DNA of 64,000 bases from a virus: the IMG/VR virus record IMGVR_UViG_3300045988_162372. One strand, written 5' to 3'. A program made the translations under genes and the position numbers. The notes beneath the pieces were generated by a model. It saw only the letters and a list, made by a program, of their open reading frames with translations. It made no database searches and was not told the DNA's origin. Positions 61,230-64,000 of this stretch are shown one piece after another. How positions within the stretch are numbered: the first letter of the stretch is position 1; each line of letters begins with the position of its first letter.

Positions 61230-64000
61230 CTACTTCCTTAGATAGTCATATTGTGTAACACTCCTACCTCCATTGATGGATTTTCCGACTTCATCAGAAA
61301 TCATTTGAGATAATTGCCGTATCAGCATCGGATTCTTATTTAATAATTCCATAATGTCAATACTTTGCCCATTCGCTTCAAGCCTTACACTACCAGATAA
61401 TTCAACTTTTACTGGTTTTATTATAATTTCAGTAGGCATTGCATTTACACCCATTTGGCTTGCAAGCTCATTTGCTGATACCGTCATAGGATTTCCATTG
61501 CCAAAAGCCATTGCATCATCTGAAGAAACAAACTGCGATTTTCCTATCGGTTCTGACGGAACAACACTATTATTGGATAAGTTGTTATATATTTCATCAA
61601 TACGTCCAAATACTCCATTAAACAATGTATCAAAAGGCCCACCAGTCTTTGCAAAGATGGCATTATCTTGAGGGTTTGTCTTCGCAACGCCATCATTGAT
61701 AGATTTAACAGTTTTTGCTGATACCGTCATAGGATTTCCATTGCCAAAAGCCATTGCATCATTGACTGATGACATTGAAAAATTACTATCAATAGGTTTA
61801 ATACTATTTGCAGCAACAGTCATTGGTTTGCCATCGCCTGACATAAAAGCATCATTTGCTCTTTGTGTGGGATATGCCTTTACTGATGATAATGACTTAT
61901 CAGCTTCATAGGTTGCTTGATTTTCTTTGAATTGAACATAAGAAGGTGAGCTACCATTAGGGTTATTTGGGTTGTACCCAGTTTTTTGATAAATGTCATT
62001 CAAAACGCTAACAATTGCTTCTCCATATGTTTGGATATTCTTAACCACATCATCGGCTGATGCTTGATATGCTTGTGCATTTTGGGCGAGTGAATTTTCA
62101 TATACTTGTGTGGCTTTATTTACATTTTCTGTAATTTTACTAACATATTCATCAAGTTTGGTATTAAAATCTTCCTGTTCTTTTGCAAGCCTTTCATTCA
62201 TATTAGCAGAAAATTGTCCACTTTCTACTAATTTATTTGAAAGTTCACTCAAATTACCTTCTGTAGCACCTCTAAACAGTTCTGTAAATGATACAAGTTT
62301 AGCCATACCTTTTTCCATAGTGTCTTCATATGTCTCTCCTTGTACCATACCTACATTTTGCTCATTCACATCCTTGACATTCATCTTTCGACCATCAATG
62401 GTATTCACCATCCATTCACCGTTTTCATAATAAGCCTTATTAACAAGTGCCTGCTGTTGGTCTCCTGTTAAATTTTGATTTACACCTGTTACCTTATTTT
62501 TCTTGATATTATAAGTTGCTTGCGCCCTTACATCTTCAATAGATTGCCCAGATGCTTCAGCAAAAGCTCTCATTAATTCTTGGTCAACTTGATTAAAATC
62601 GACATTACCTGTCTTCTTATTGAAACGTCCCATGCCTTTTGTCATATTATTGAAACGCTTCATAAGAGATTCTGGGTCGTTAAATGCTTCATAATACATA
62701 GCAAGAGGATCCGCATACATAGCATATCTTCCGCCTAACACCTGTATTTTAGCAGCTTTCGTTATGATGTTTTCTAAACCTCCACTTTGTATGTTATCAA
62801 GAATTTGAGGAACGTTAGCCATATTGAATCTGACATTTTGCGCCCATTTAGCCATATCAGCCAATCCCTTAACACCGTCCTTGAAAGTAAATTTATTAGC
62901 CATTTTCATGTTATTGACCATATCTTTCATATATTTTCTCCCATCAAGACCCATTTTGTTAAGTTTTTTAGCTATATCGGAAAACATATCGACAGTTCCG
63001 CTAACACCTATATTAAACAGTTCTGCATTGTTAGCTAATTCAGCAGCGGTTTGAATATCTCCACCGAGATATTTTTTAGAAAATGCAGCTTGTTTTGTCA
63101 AATCACTTTCATTCATCATCATATTTCTACCACCAGGAGCATAACTTTGTATAAGTTGCATTACATCTTGCGCAGTTAAACCGTATGTTCTTGCAAGTTT
63201 AGTGGTTATCTGATTCATATAAGACGAAAACGTTTCTAACTGTCGTCTATCTGTAATACCCTTACCAATTCCTGAATTAAAAGAAATGTCTTGAAAATTC
63301 ATAGACCATTGCTCTACTGTTTGAGCCATTTTTTGATACATCTTTTCAATTTGATTGGCTGTATCTAATACGCTTTTCTTTATCTCAGTAACATCCTCAG
63401 TTTGTTTAGTCAATGCGTCAAGTCTTTTTTGCTCAAAATTCTGTGTAATTTTTGCAAAATTTTCATAGTTAGCTTGTTGAGCATTTAAATTATTGGTTGC
63501 ATTTGTAATATCTTTTATAAGGGTGGTTTCTCCTTTTGTAATAGCAGCATCTGTAATTCCTCCAAAATCTAACCCTACGAGTCCTGTTACTGAATTCACC
63601 ATTCCAGCTCCTGTTACAGCACCCAATTTACCATCGGTTGCCATATTTTTGAAACCACCAGTCGTATTTTCTCCATATTTCTCGGCAAGTTTAGCCTGAT
63701 TTCCGAAACTTTGTACATTGTCAGCACTTGTACTACCTCCCACAGCTCTATTAATACTACTAGTCCACGGATTTTCCGCTGTTAGTCTAAGATCTTCAAC
63801 GGCAAGTTTTGCATCTTCACTTTCGGCATTTAACAATGTTTGTCTTTGTTGATATGCCCTACTTTCTTGTCCTCGTTCATATTGTCCTTGTACAAATTTC
63901 TGACGTTCAGTTTCGATTTTTTGTGTTTTGGCAATATCTTCATTCAATTTTTTTACTGCTGTATCAATATCAGTTTGAGCAGACAACCTTTCCCATGCAG
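61230..64000 (-). CDS. Tail tape measure protein. The N-terminus lies beyond the window end.
   Basis: More than 920 aa. The track start at 63986 is TTG, and the frame stays open to position 64000. Composition is helical and Gln/Ala/Asn-rich. A triple internal motif is present: (D)AMAFGNGNPMTVSA twice, plus DAFMSGDGKPMTVAA. Confidence 0.7.
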   Translation of the reverse strand, partial: AWERLSAQTDIDTAVKKLNEDIAKTQKIETERQKFVQGQYERGQESRAYQQRQTLLNAESEDAKLAVEDLRLTAENPWTSSINRAVGGSTSADNVQSFGNQAKLAEKYGENTTGGFKNMATDGKLGAVTGAGMVNSVTGLVGLDFGGITDAAITKGETTLIKDITNATNNLNAQQANYENFAKITQNFEQKRLDALTKQTEDVTEIKKSVLDTANQIEKMYQKMAQTVEQWSMNFQDISFNSGIGKGITDRRQLETFSSYMNQITTKLARTYGLTAQDVMQLIQSYAPGGRNMMMNESDLTKQAAFSKKYLGGDIQTAAELANNAELFNIGVSGTVDMFSDIAKKLNKMGLDGRKYMKDMVNNMKMANKFTFKDGVKGLADMAKWAQNVRFNMANVPQILDNIQSGGLENIITKAAKIQVLGGRYAMYADPLAMYYEAFNDPESLMKRFNNMTKGMGRFNKKTGNVDFNQVDQELMRAFAEASGQSIEDVRAQATYNIKKNKVTGVNQNLTGDQQQALVNKAYYENGEWMVNTIDGRKMNVKDVNEQNVGMVQGETYEDTMEKGMAKLVSFTELFRGATEGNLSELSNKLVESGQFSANMNERLAKEQEDFNTKLDEYVSKITENVNKATQVYENSLAQNAQAYQASADDVVKNIQTYGEAIVSVLNDIYQKTGYNPNNPNGSSPSYVQFKENQATYEADKSLSSVKAYPTQRANDAFMSGDGKPMTVAANSIKPIDSNFSMSSVNDAMAFGNGNPMTVSAKTVKSINDGVAKTNPQDNAIFAKTGGPFDTLFNGVFGRIDEIYNNLSNNSVVPSEPIGKSQFVSSDDAMAFGNGNPMTVSANELASQMGVNAMPTEIIIKPVKVELSGSVRLEANGQSIDIMELLNKNPMLIRQLSQMISDEVGKSINGGRSVTQYDYLRK
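61471..61762 (-). repeat. Exact 49-nt direct repeat within the tape-measure gene
   Basis: tttgctgataccgtcataggatttccattgccaaaagccattgcatcat occurs at 61471-61519 and 61714-61762. The two copies are 243 nt (81 codons) apart. A third, degenerate copy lies near 61811-61857. Confidence 0.9.

Noticed and set aside
1-64000. Prophage boundaries, integrase or lysogeny module
   Set aside because: No integrase, repressor or excisionase-like ORF and no host-type flanking genes were recognised. The only mobile-element signature is the tnpB insertion.

Overview
The window reads as one segment of an AT-rich phage genome. Hand counts on sample lines give about 23-32% G+C. Genes are tightly packed and almost all lie on the minus strand. 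Gene content points to a contractile-tailed phage with a T4-like DNA-metabolism toolkit. That toolkit includes a gp25-like and a Baseplate_J-like wedge protein, a tape measure, a LysM tail protein, giant hub/fibre proteins of 2116, 2033, 1098 and 1015 aa, a gp32-like SSB, a UvsX/RecA-like ATPase, a DnaB-like helicase, a primase, a FEN/RNase H, an SbcC/SbcD (gp46/gp47-like) pair, a RuvC-like resolvase and NrdD/NrdG. There is also a sigma-70-family factor, a ClpP-like peptidase, a beta-class DNA methyltransferase, a GH108 endolysin and one tRNA-Leu(UAG). The host is probably an anaerobic Bacteroidota member. Ten intergenic sites match the Bacteroides promoter grammar (TTTG at -33, TAnnTTTG at -7), the ribonucleotide reductase is the anaerobic class III type, and one protein has a BACON-like pattern. 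No integrase, CRISPR array, reverse transcriptase or rRNA was seen. Four items deserve a second look. (1) A tnpB (IS200/IS605-family RNA-guided nuclease) gene at 1-859 on the minus strand is missing from the ORF track because it runs off the window edge, and it sits in a G+C-richer patch. (2) A 323-bp noncoding island at 60768-61090, about 10-15% G+C and packed with palindromes and iterons, is bounded by 25-bp imperfect inverted repeats and lies inside the tail operon. (3) A very uniform extended promoter family is paired with a phage sigma factor. (4) The gp32-like SSB ends in the bacterial SSB tip motif DDDLPF. All functional calls come from motif recognition by eye. No database search was possible.
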